NCBI GenBank assembly: GCA_051362555.1
Contig: CM120645.1
Coordinates: forward strand, 13,888,001 to 13,952,000
Direction of reading: 5' to 3'
Length of the DNA stretch: 64,000 nt
Source: Lingula anatina
Taxonomy: Eukaryota; Animalia; Brachiopoda
Notes under the pieces: model-generated
Seen by the model: only the letters and a program-made list of their open reading frames with translations
Told to the model about the DNA's origin: nothing
The model's database searches: none
Made by a program: the position numbers and the translations under genes
Shown here: positions 1 to 12,600 of the stretch, piece by piece
Position numbering within the stretch: position 1 is the stretch's first letter
Layout of the letters: each line of letters starts with the position of its first letter

Positions 1-132
1 GTTCTGCAACGTTAGCCCACGAGCTTTAGTTTCGATGGGTGTCGGCTTTTTCAGTTTCAACTCTGTATGTTGTGCACGTAAATATGGCAATAAGATTATA
101 TATATATATTATATATATATAATCTTATTGCC

Positions 133-175
<43 letters not shown>

Positions 176-646
176 CAAAAGTGGATATTTGGATATGACT
201 GAGGTAGCCAGCCTCGGGTTTGAAACGTTTTAAGTTTTGTGACGTACGTACATGTTGCTGACGGCCGTGGGGATTTAGGTATAAATTGTATTGAGATATT
301 TAATGTAGTATATTAGTTTGGGCTTGTCATGACGTGCGCCATCTAGTGAGCATGTAAGACAGAAGCACATGGTTCAGTAATAAAGTCAGTTGTGAAGATA
401 TTACATTCACTTTACTCAAATACATAGAAAGATCATTTATTATTATTAGTAGTAGTAGTAGTAGTACTGTGTTTGTTATTTCGCTCCGCTTTGAAGCACG
501 ATATTCGAGCGTGACAGTAACAGTTTGTCTGTCAATTAAAGTTTTGTCACTTTCAGTCACACCTGGTGCAATTATTGGTTTTATGCAAGAAAATGTTTAT
601 TTTACGAGCATTCTTGTAACCATTTTCATCCTCGTGACATTTGCAG

Positions 647-1730
647 CTAGCCATAGTCCTCAGCGCGGCTTTTGCCCTGGTAATGGCAGCAGCCTTTATA
701 GGCACCATACGCCAGCTGGTCAGCGAGTACGGCGACCTGGGCACCATCCTGGCCACGGAGACTGATAGTAAGTGGTCAGAGGCATTGACCAGGGCTTTAA
801 GTGTAACGTTAGGGGGATAAATTAGTGCACAATATTTCTAGGAAACTAGATTCTAATATCTTCAAATTATGAAGAATAAATATAAAGCATAAGAGTAACA
901 AAAAAAAAGTCGTTTAGATACTATGTGATCTGATTTCCATTGGTGCACTAGTCTGTTTTCTTATGTATTCTTTAATAAAAAATACTATTGTATATTTAAA
1001 GGGGCGCCATACGGGCAGTTATAATGTATATACATTTTCAAATATTTCACATGTACAAAAACGATTGTGGCGTCATTGTTTTAATGTTGTTCGGAATGAA
1101 GTCAGTAGCGACAGGCAAAGTTTGTCTTTTTCAGATCCCTGGGAGCTTCCCATACCTGTAAGCTCACTGTACATCACTGCAATCACCGGAATGTTTATTA
1201 TTACCGCCGCCCTCCACCCGACGGAATTCTTCGACGTAGTTCACGGTACGTCAAACCTGCAATGCCCATACGTTTACTTGGATTATAGACCACGCCTCAT
1301 TTGCCATATGGCAAATAATGTACATGAACGCGTTGCATATCAAAAGCATTTCGTAGGTATTATTGTTTATGATTCATTAAAGATGCATTTGAATAATAGC
1401 TAAAATATTGTAAAAAATAAATTAGTAATGCAAAAGGTGATTTAACAGACGAAAGTGCAGAGCGATATGAATTAATGCTGAATAATCATTGCATTTCAGG
1501 TTTAACATATTTGTTTTTCCTACCCGCTGGATATCTTTTCCTTACAATATACAGTATATGTAATATAACGGACCAGTCTTGGGGTGAGTAGTACATTAAG
1601 GGCATATTTTACAAATTAATAATGACGAAAAGGGTTCGAAGTACTTTATATTGAACACCGTTTACGTACTCCGATTTATTTTCCAAATATTCAATTTTTG
1701 TTATACTTAGTTTTCCAATCCACCTTCCTC

Positions 1731-1779
<49 letters not shown>

Positions 1780-4354
1780 AGTTTAATCCCTTCTTTATCT
1801 CTCCCAGGCACACGTGAGGGTAAAAAAGCGGGACCTGGTGGGGGGTCCACTTGGGAAAGCATCATGGCGTTCTTCAAATCTTGCTGGTGAGTCAACTTGG
1901 CATTTGGGATATTTTTCTTACACGGTTAAGTTGTATGTTATATGGTTTAAAGTATCTTTGTTGGGCCAAACAGATTTCACCTACTATTGAAAAGTGGGGA
2001 CATTTTTAATATTTAATATAAGTGTTCTCATATGAGAATTGCATTCAGACAAAGGCGGGTAGTTTTTTTTACAGTTATAATAATTCTTATTCTTTTTAAA
2101 GATTCAGTAAGGCACAGAGGGCTATATCGTCTATATATTTTAGCTGTCCCAGGCCACCTGTGCCCCAAGTCGAGACAGCCACGGTGAAAGATGAATCCTC
2201 TGATGAACGCACGAGCAACTACTCGACCATCAGCCGAGAGAGTAAGCGTTCGAGTAAGTGGTCTTCTAAGTATCATCGTATTTTCTTTCTGTAAAGAGGC
2301 ACCAAAGACATGTTTTTGGTGTTTTTCGTGATATTTGCACTGTCCTCGCTTAGAGTAAACAATGGTATGTTTGCTCATATACATGTATGTGTATCTTGGA
2401 TTCCCAATATACCTAGAGCATTGGTCACAAAACCTTTATTCTAATTCAGGCAAAGGCCGACCCATGACAGTTATACTGGAAGACGAGGATAGTTCTGATG
2501 ACGAAGAACAGGACCCATCTACCGAAGAGAAAATCAATGCGAAGGACTGGCTCTATTCGCAGTTTTATCAGGGAGAGATAAAGGTTTGGGTCGTGTTTTA
2601 CCGCCATTCTTACCGTATTTATTGTTTTTCGATCATTTTAATCTGCTACAGCAATTTGTTTAAGATTTAAACATTAATCAATAGGCTGTCTTGTGTTAAG
2701 AGCCCCGGTTTGTGTACTGGTAGTTTTTATTTGAATCCATTGAAGGTCTATATTGAAAGTCTTTCCGAGTCCACATTTAGACCACATTCATCAGTGTTAA
2801 AAAAGTTTTCTTTTCAACCTGATTGATCATTGATGTCTGTTTGACTATTTCTGCCTCCAGTTTGTCTGCTTGTAAACACGTTGTTTTAAAAATTTAATTT
2901 TTAGGCATGTGCGTCCTACTTTGTGAAGTTAGGTTACGGGGATATCACGTTCATTGCTGGCATGGGAAGAGAGGTTAGTCGTGTGTTTGCAAGCATGCGT
3001 GCGTGCATGCGTGTTAGAACATCATTTTAAAATTGTGCGCCATATTTGGGCAGAAAATCATTTTTACAGAAACTTTAACTCATAGCATATCAAAGAGATT
3101 ATAAGGAATCTCCTATTACTCGATTTGTTTTTAATGGACTTGTCATAAAAGTTCACGTCACATATCCCAACAATTGTGTTTTGGATATTGTTTTCATTTG
3201 CATCTTTGCGTTTAGATTATGTAAACACTATAAAGAAAATGTCCTTATCGAACAGAAAATATGTAGAAAAAAAAGAGATGTTAAGGGGCATATATATATA
3301 TATATATATAGTGCTTAAAGGATACTGAACAGTTTCTTATGGTATACTAACTGCATACAATTGTTCACCTTAACTCGTGATAGGAGGTGAGATCTGTAGG
3401 GATAGTGAAAGAGGACCACATCGACGACGCTTTGGCTGAAATTGCACGATTACCAGCCTTTGAGATTGATCCCTGGCTGCCTCAAACAGACGTATTTATA
3501 TTTTTACAACTATTTTACTTCGATAATCTATACGGTGTCTTGTACGATAACATATAATATATTGAAGTAAATTTTTTCTCTGTGCAGTTAAAATGGTAAA
3601 CTGTTGGTTTACTTGCATTTGTCATTCATTCTAGGCGAAAAGAAATATTTGAATATCTCTCACCGTTTTTATATTTAGGAGGAGAAGCTATTGTGGATAA
3701 AAAAGGTTGGTCTCATGGACTACAAAAAACCGCTGTTGGAAAAATTTGATGACCTACCAAAGACGACTGAACTTAGCAAACTAAGAATTAAATATGGCAT
3801 CCACAAGCCAGGTAAAACTCCAACTCATTGTTAAAGACTAGCACAGGATAAATGATACTACAATTGGCTCTGAGGAACCCAGTACTTCCTCTTCTACGTA
3901 GTTGTAAAAAAAAAAAAAAACTTCACAATTCTAGGAATTTTTTCGCCCATGCGGCCCTCAGTTCACATGGTGTGTTTGTCTTCGTCTTTGATTGTACATA
4001 CGCCGGACCGTGTTTTATTCTAAAGCCTCTCCTTGAGCCTTTCCATACCCCTGGATCTTAACTGCCAAGGCCTCGTATACTGTAAAACATTTTAAGTTCT
4101 TTGGCATCCAGATTTCCATGCAGTATGACAAAACCGAACTATTATTAATATAAACCATTTCCTAAATAGCTTGAGAGAAATTCAACTTCTGCTTTTTTTC
4201 TTTCTTTTCTTCATTCATTTTGCGAGTTTATAATTGGCACTGTTCAGATTTTTATCTAAATATCTAAATTATTCACCTGTTTGTCTTGAAGAAACCACTT
4301 CCTGGAGTGAGCCCAAATGTCATTGTCGATATAGAACCTACATGGACGTTGTAG

Positions 4355-4399
<45 letters not shown>

Positions 4400-5767
4400 G
4401 TTGGGGGGGGGGGGAGAACACTCAATTGTCAAATAATTTTCTATATACGAATTGCAAACCATTACAGGTCACCTTAAACGACTCTACTATGTTATCCAAA
4501 AGTTACGAGAACCAACGGAAGGTGCGTAGCTCCCAAGGGCGTGTTTCACTGATTGCTTCGTTTATTTTAATAAATTAAAAATAGCTAACATGACATAATA
4601 ATTATAATTATCGTCCTGTAACTGTATTTGTCACATGTAGTAAAGCACAATTTCAGAATACTACGCTGGCATTAGTTTCATCTGTATTTGATGTTGAAAA
4701 TTAAAATTAAAGTGCAATCTATTTCAGCTGAGAGTCGGAGTATGGAGGTACGCCAAGAGGTCGCTGAGTACCAAGACACTCCTCTCTCAAACGATGAAAG
4801 CGCCTTCTGGCAACAGCTGGTGGAAGCAAGATTAAAGCCAGAACCAATGTTCAAAGAAAAGAAAAGAGAACTAGAAAGTAGGACTCCTAATATTCAAACA
4901 GTCAAATGGCTGGAATGAAAATGAATCATTTATCTTTGGTTGCATTAATATTAAGTTCGATTGAATAGTTCCACAAAAATCAAATCTGAACTTCGACGAC
5001 ATTAGATGATTTTACTCTTATGGTTTAATCTGATTAAATCTGAAATCTCGCCAAGTAAAGATTGCAAGGTTATCGTTTTATAGGCAGCCATTTCAATTGC
5101 GAATCCGATATATAAATGTTAGTAACACTAAATCCGACAGAAATGCAGATGAAGCAATTCTGTAGTCTATTTATCGTCGGCAGGTGAGTTGGTAGATCTC
5201 CGCAAGACGGCGCTGATGTGGTTTGCTGTGGTGAACACACTGTGGCTGACCATTTTTCTGACTCTCGGGAGTCTGGGCAGAACTGATCCCACCAAGCCGA
5301 ACTTGTACGTGTTTGGTAACAACCCGTTAGGTACGTAGTGAGTGCATTAAGTGTGTATTGGTGCGCGTGTACAAACATAATTAAGTACTGGTAGGCACGA
5401 CTGGTTGAGATACACTTTTTTTTCTTTTTTCCTTCTTTCAAACTTTCGTTTGAAATAATTGATTGTCACTCTGTTAAATCTGTTCGTTCAAAACAAATAT
5501 TTCAAGTATATTTTGTTGTCATATGAAATATTTACACTGAAAACGAATGCCATGAATTTCATTTTAGGTTTGGTGTTTTTATTCATCTTCTGCATCCTCC
5601 TAATAATCCAGTTCTTCGCCATGTTAGCACACCGTTTGCTCACGTTCGTGCACATTATCGCTCGCGCCAAGTTTAACTGTGGAAAACGCCCGGATGATGA
5701 CGTCACCAGCAGCAATGGACAGACGGTGCAGATGGAAGAGGAAGATTATGCAGAAATAACGCGATAA
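647..5767 (+). CDS. Chitin synthase, 3' part (multi-exon, 5' end outside the window), with two SAM-like domains in the C-terminal region
   Basis: GT-AG exons at about 647-767 (LAIVLSAAFALVMAAAFIG), 1135-1245 (AALHPTEF), 1500-1583 and 1808 onward, which join to give the chitin-synthase motif NITDQSWGTRE. Later exons give ESAFWQQLVEARLKP (~4795-4840), ELVDLRKTALMWFAVVNTLW (~5184-5330) and LVFLFIFCILLIIQFFAMLAHRLLTFVHIIA, ending at TAA 5765-5767. SAM-like exons lie at ~2905-2972, ~3385-3491 and ~3679-3810. Confidence 0.88.
1731..1777. repeat. (ATT)n microsatellite; others are (GT)n ~142-172 and ~6394-6424, (GA)n ~4358-4391, and (GT)n(GA)n ~30511-30570
   Basis: Directly visible simple repeats. 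Confidence 0.95.
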
Positions 5768-6389
5768 TGCTCGAGAAAAAATGAAAATCGAGTCACACCA
5801 GGCAAACAAGGGAATGGATGTGCATGAAAATAAATTCCGATTATGAGCTTTGACATATTAATTTTAAAGCATGTAGCCATTGACTGACTTGCACAACGGT
5901 TTCGACCAATCTGTATATACTGTATGTCAGCTAGTAAAGCAGAGATCAACAATGTTAGTTGAGATAGACTCCAGAAATCGTGAATTTAAATATGCACATG
6001 ATTATTTTTTTTCATTTAATTGTTGGGGTTTTTTTATTTCAGGCTGTTCATTGTAACTTTTTACGACACATGACTCGATCACACTGTACGTTTTATTTCA
6101 TGTCGAAAATGTATGCGGTGCGCCTCAGGTCGACGCACATGCTAAGCCCCTGGCTTCACGCCCTGTAAAGACGGTATATAACGAAACTGAGGGTCCGTGT
6201 AACTGAGAGTCCGGCTTCCATTTAGTTATAATGGTTAGGGTTAGCCTGACCAAAGTGAGTCAAAGTCTAGGGCGAGGCTTGTCTGTACAAATGAATGGTA
6301 AGCGGACTCTCTATTATTGGGGTCCCCATTTCACGTTACACCGGTGGCTAAGCTTGAAACCTACGCTGTAAACCGGATTTGGAAATATT

Positions 6390-6425
<36 letters not shown>

Positions 6426-8065
6426 ATAGGCGTTAGCAAGATGTCAAGATTATCAACCAGCATCCTAAATTACATGTATCGTATAAGACATCAGTTAATC
6501 TCGCTATTTTTTTTCTTGTAAAATTGCTTTCTGAATAATCATCTTACTCATAAATAAACACTACAGTATCAACATTTAGTGCTTTTGTGGAATATATGTT
6601 TTCTAAGCTACATGACATTTGTAGGCGTACTGAGACGTGCAAAATATTAACCATTTCAATCAATGTCGAAGTGGAGACAAAATGCATTTTTGAATAGTTT
6701 TGGTCTAATGACTGGTTGTTTTTCTATCCTCCTATCAAAAATCTTTTATGCTCGCAAAATTTTAGTAATATTTGACGGGAAACAAAGTTTCACGCTAAAG
6801 TGTTACAATCCATCAAATCTGGCAGTTTCCATGAGATCTTGGACAGATCAAAAATTCACAAAGTCATAACTGTCTATGCACGTTTCTGTTTTACTTACTC
6901 AACGAATAACAAAACATATATTAATATTCAAAGGAAATTCAAGACTGCATCAAAAATGATAAATCGACTCTAATCATAATTGATGGAAGTGTTTCACACT
7001 ATCATTTGTGCAATTCAGCATCTAGACGACTTCCATGAATGATACAAGCAACTTACTAGTACAAGCCTGCAATGCATAATAGCATACGATGACGTTTATG
7101 AAAATTTGATCTAGTCGGATTGGATACAGACAAAACACACAAACACACAACATACTCTATGTATATTAGTGCATGACCTTTACGTGCCCAAAGATCAACA
7201 AAATGCTGTCCTTTTATTTCATAATTTGAATTTTTAGTCAGGTTGGATATTCGCGGACAAAGTTATTTCTCTGAGCGGTGTCCACATCCTTATTGAAATT
7301 TTTATACGTATCTGGCGGGTAACAAGCGTGTATCCTTGGGTATTTTGGAAGAATGCTATATAAATATCCGGATGTCAACTACTAACCATTACGAAATTTA
7401 GTTTGTTTCTTAGTGTTTTTCATATTACCAATGCCCCTATGATATATGCATGGTAGGAAACAAGTGTTTATCTGCCTAACGGTAGCTAGAACCCTTCCCA
7501 ATGGCAAGTTAAGGTCATGTAATGATGTGGATAGCACTAAAGAACAAACTTTACTTGATAAAGAAAAATGTATCAAAATAATGAATATATTTACTATTCA
7601 TATTAATGAATGACACGTTAGTAACAGTTAGTGCCCTTAGTGCAGGAGACAATACGAAAAGCGGGTTAAGTCTGATTGATTGATTTGTTTAAAGAGATTT
7701 AAAAATCTCCAAATATTCAGTTTAACAAAGTCGAAGTGGTTATGGAGGTCGTAAATCCGTATAATTTAATATGGCCACCCCCTGCCTTCGCACTATATAG
7801 GTCACACAGGCAGTATACTGGCGCTGTGCGGACAGTGCATGGCAGATGTACGGACAAATGTATTCTAGGCTATTTGTATATTTCTTTGTGCACAGCTTTG
7901 CCGCGCAGTGCCAGTCTACCTGGTCCACCCGAGCAAATGATGTGATGGTTGTCCTCTTCCCCAGTGTTCTGCCAGTAAAATTGTGCATAGCGAAGTTATT
8001 TATCAATTTGGTCTGGAACGACATAGCAAGTATTTGATTGGTCTAGACCAGGCAGCTTTTATTTA

Positions 8066-8321
8066 GGACCCCATTCCCATACCTAGATCGATCGATAAGG
8101 TTCGACCCGTCTCCGAGGGGATTCTCGCTACATTACATACAGATTACGCGACTTTGATGTCTGGCACTCCTACTAAAGCTGTTAAATGATAGTTAATCGC
8201 CCCCTAACAGCTTCAGTAGGCGTGTCAGACACCAGGGCCGCTTAATCTGAATATAATGTAGTGAAAAACCCCTCGGAGATGGGTCGATACAGCTAGATCG
8301 ATCTAGGTATGGGAATTGGGT
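8066..8321. mobile_element. Palindromic Harbinger-type MITE (related copies at ~43562-43776 and ~46247-46500)
   Basis: Inverted ends CCATTCCCATACCTAGATCGA / TCGATCTAGGTATGGGAATTGG, flanked by TTA. Confidence 0.7.
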
Positions 8322-8446
8322 TTAGGAGAGCACGTATATTAACAGCGCGGAAGGAACACATTAGAATTTCGTCGCGTTAGATAGACGGACACAGGCAAGT
8401 GATTCAGACGGACAATTGCAAACCTCGAACGTGTCACCAGTGAAAT

Positions 8447-9645
8447 ATGAAGAACATATCAAACAAAATCTTATTTTTCTGCATTCTCATTCCATTCATA
8501 TTCACGGACACAATCTACAAATCGCGATCGGCAACATTCAAGCTGTTTAAAGATTATAAATTGCCAGACAATTTATTGACAACCGTCACGCGCAGAGGAC
8601 AACATATGTCAAAACGTTCTTGCAGTATGGATTGTCTCAGGTAAGTATTCCTTGCGTACTGTGTTCGATATATTATAAAAATTGATATCCATTTTTTTAC
8701 CACACATGTGGCAAGTTATGTCAAATTCTCAATGTTAAGCAGGTAAATTAAGCACGTTCTTAAATTAACACATGGCCTTAATAATAGCTTTAATCCAAAG
8801 ATTTTAAAATATTATCTTAAGACTTACTTAAGCCTGCATTGGACATGGTCGTGTTAAGAAAATAGATTATCTTGGTTTTAGGCTATGTCTTTCTCAGGTG
8901 AGTATTGAACAAAGCCCAATTTGTTAAGTTTGAATTTGTCACTCTTTTCAGCACCGAACTACATATTGCATATGTGGCTTTTCGCGAGTGTCGCTTTTTG
9001 CAAGTTTTATTAGACACATGTTAATTTTTTATGTACAAGGTTTTATTGGGCCACACTTTCATCCTTACCCTGTTAAGTGCATCTATATAATGTAATGGCA
9101 ACAACGTAAAATGATATCCAACTAAGGCAAACACAAAATTCTAGTCAATGGACTTAAGCAGTAACAACGTAAGCGACCAAGCCCCTTAGCAAAATGAAAA
9201 AAAAAATTGCAACAATATTTCAGCCATATTGTTGCAAACTAAGTTTTCTGCAACGACTTTGCAAGTAAAATTTTATTGCTGCTAATTTGCAGCCATACTG
9301 TAAAAAATTTGCAAGAAGGACTGGCAGTGTGCGGCAATTTTGCGGCAAATTCGCAACGAATTCGCAGCAGGCCTGATATTTTGCATATTTTTAAGGGGCA
9401 TTTCATTTTCCTCCCTTGTGTTACTACATTACTGGGCGAATCATCATTTTCAACATCTTATCTTGTTTATTGAGAACATGTGTGTTCATTGTGTTTTGAA
9501 ATGTACAAAAATCAACCAGAAGTAACATTTCCTTAAAAAAAACTTCTGGCCCTAGGTATGTACCGGTATAAACGAGTTGGCTGCATTTGTTGATTTCATG
9601 ATTTTATAGAACGTTAAAGCTGAAAAAATAGCATTGCGGACAAAT

Positions 9646-9690
<45 letters not shown>

Positions 9691-12600
9691 TTTTTTTTGC
9701 ATATAACACTCAAACTAAATTTTATTTGCATTTTCTAAATTCAGAAAGTTATGTTAACATCAATACATGACTGTCAAATAATGGCGTTTCAGTAGTTGCA
9801 ATGAAAGATCACATATGATCATGGCTTCTCCTAGGTACTTTCATTTATACATGTAGTTAAATTGATGTAATCTGCAGAACATGAAATAGCATTATGTGTT
9901 TGGTCAGCTGTACCTGTCATTAAAAGTTAAATATACCAGAGAATATTAGTTAAGATAATCACTGATTGCAATTAACCTAAGATGACAGGAGATCAAGCTG
10001 GGGGTGAACAAAAGCTAGTCTAGTTTTTTACACTATTAATATAATGTGCATGTACAAAAATGAAATTACCAGCAGAACTAGCCATCTCAAACAACAATGG
10101 GGCACTTGCAAGCCATTGCCTCAGAAACAACATGTTGTCAAGCCAGTAAACGAGACATTTCAAGTGTGTACTGAGAATTCACTGTTCACGCATATAGAAT
10201 ATGAATTAAGGGTAGTTAAAGGTGTGGAGAATGTAAAGGAGAATGTTGAGGAGACTGCAGAGCGCGCCTCTTAATTACTGTTAATGACTGCTTACATAAA
10301 AATTTCAAAACATTTACTTTGACTAAATTCTGTACAGACATGGTCAATAAAATGCCTGTTAGAACATTTAGCCCGTAAGACTAGCAGGCTTTTAGCTTTT
10401 TTGCTCAAACTTTTACTAGTTATTTTAATGTGGATTATTTTAGAGCTGGCTGGGACGTGTGCAAGGCAGTAAACTTTCAAGCGGATGAACGTTTATGTAC
10501 ATTATTACCCGTACAGAAAAATGCCACAAATCCTGCAGTCCCGTCTGTTGGCACTACGTACATGGAGCCTAAAATTGGTGAGTTGTTCACTGACCAAACA
10601 ATTTTGTGTGTGACACACCTCGGGCCCTCACGGTTAAAACGTAATAATGAAAAGAAGAACATATCACGTAATCACTGTTACTTCAGTGAGGTCAATCCAA
10701 ATGAAGCATTTAACGAGGACATCTTAGTGTTTTATACCCCCGTCACACTAGAGGCAGAATGAGCAAGAATGCCGTCGGAAAGACAATTCCTGGATATTAT
10801 TCGAAGAGCATTCTAAAAATTCCGAGTGCATTCTAAATATTTTTACCCATTCTTGTGGCCGGTCCGAATGATTTGCTCATGTTAAAAACTTTCGAAGTGC
10901 ATTTCAAGTGGAAAATTATCGAATGGCATTTGAATAGTATTCTTACTGCACTATGACCGGATTCTAAATATTCTCACGGCATTCCGACAAATTCGAAACA
11001 TTCTGATCACATTTGAGGGACATCCGAACTGGCAAGACACTTCAAATCCTGCTAGAATGAGCCGGAATGCTACTCGAATGCATCTCGATGGCTGCCGGAA
11101 TCCTCTTCCGTCAGCAATCGAACTACACTCGTACGACATTCGAAGTGTATCGATATTCCTAGTTTTCCAACTACATTCGAGCTGCATTTGAGAGATGATA
11201 CAGCCAAAAATTTTCACGAATCATTCCAGGCGGATTCAAGCGCATTCTGAGTATTCCAACGGCATTTAGGTTCTATTTGAAATTTCTTCCCGAATGTAGT
11301 ACGAATTTTGAAAATTCTTCATTCCGGTTTGTTCTGCTTGATTCCTGCTGATTCCGATAAGTGTGACGGGGGATTTATTGAGGTATACATGTAATCCCGC
11401 GTTCTTACTTCAAATGGCAATACAACGTATATTTGAGAAACTCTCCCCATCTGAACCTGTCCCTAAGGGCCTGTCTTTATCAGCTTGTCAGCCAGTCGCC
11501 TGGACCTCTCTCCTCCGTACAGCCCAGTCTAAAGTGTTATGTGGTATACAAATGAGGATAAACAACCCAGTCCAAATATTTAGTTTTTTAGTCACTGAAA
11601 CATTTCTGTATATTAAGGCTGGAATGATGAGACGTGCCTTCGTTATTATTGATAAAAAAAGAGGTGGCATTGTACGGTTAAACGCGTCTTTTTGTTCATC
11701 CGATTCAATGAAAAAACGTTGTTCATCGTAGTCAAACAAACCTACCTTTCAAAGCTTATCTGTACACCTGTTATGTCAACAATATAAACAATATAAACTT
11801 TTTAAAAAAACTATGGCAGTTTTTCAATAGCTTTGCCTCTTTCTTAGTAACTGCGAGGGGTTGTATATACTACTAAAGATATACACGATACACCTGCATG
11901 CAAAAATGAGGTCTAAAAAGAGTTTATCAACTGTAAGGATAATGATCAAGCAATAAAAAGAAAAGAATTATAAATATGAACCACTCTGTTAGTATTTCGA
12001 TCATGTTAAAAGCAGAATCAAGAGCCAGATTTGGTGCTAAGATTCTGGCAACATTAATGCTTTTTGAGGACCTATTATTTTGACTGTTACTCGCATATCA
12101 CCCAAGTTTAGAAATTTAGGCTGAATGGATAATTATATCATTTTTTCAGATTTTAATAGTTCATTTGACACTGTAATGTGCAGAGCAAATATTAGCGTGC
12201 GACAAGTGAGATAACCCGCACGAAAATGCAGTAGTATCGAAGTAGCAAAGAAGCATTAAAGCAGTAGTGGTGTGGAGCATATTTGCAGTAGAAATGCAGC
12301 ATAGCCTACTGCAATTCTACTTCAAAAATTACATAGGGTTGTACAGAGGAGGAGCATTAATGCAGTAGATTAGCAGCATGATAGAAGCATGTTTCAAATA
12401 TGCTAATTAGCTCCCACATCGAAGCAGATTTGAAGCATGTTTGCAGTATGATTGCAGTAGTCTACTGCGCTGGAGTATCTACTTCGTTTTCGTGCGGGAA
12501 AAGCTGATAATCTCAATCATCTTGATATAAACTGTGAAAAAGAAAACAAACTGCTATCTTATTATGTTATTTTCACAGCGTTGCGATCATGTACAGAATG

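Noticed and set aside
6170-6345. Telomere-like GTTAGGGTTAG inside weak inverted repeats
   Set aside because: Fewer than two full units; probably a decayed MITE and too degenerate to call.
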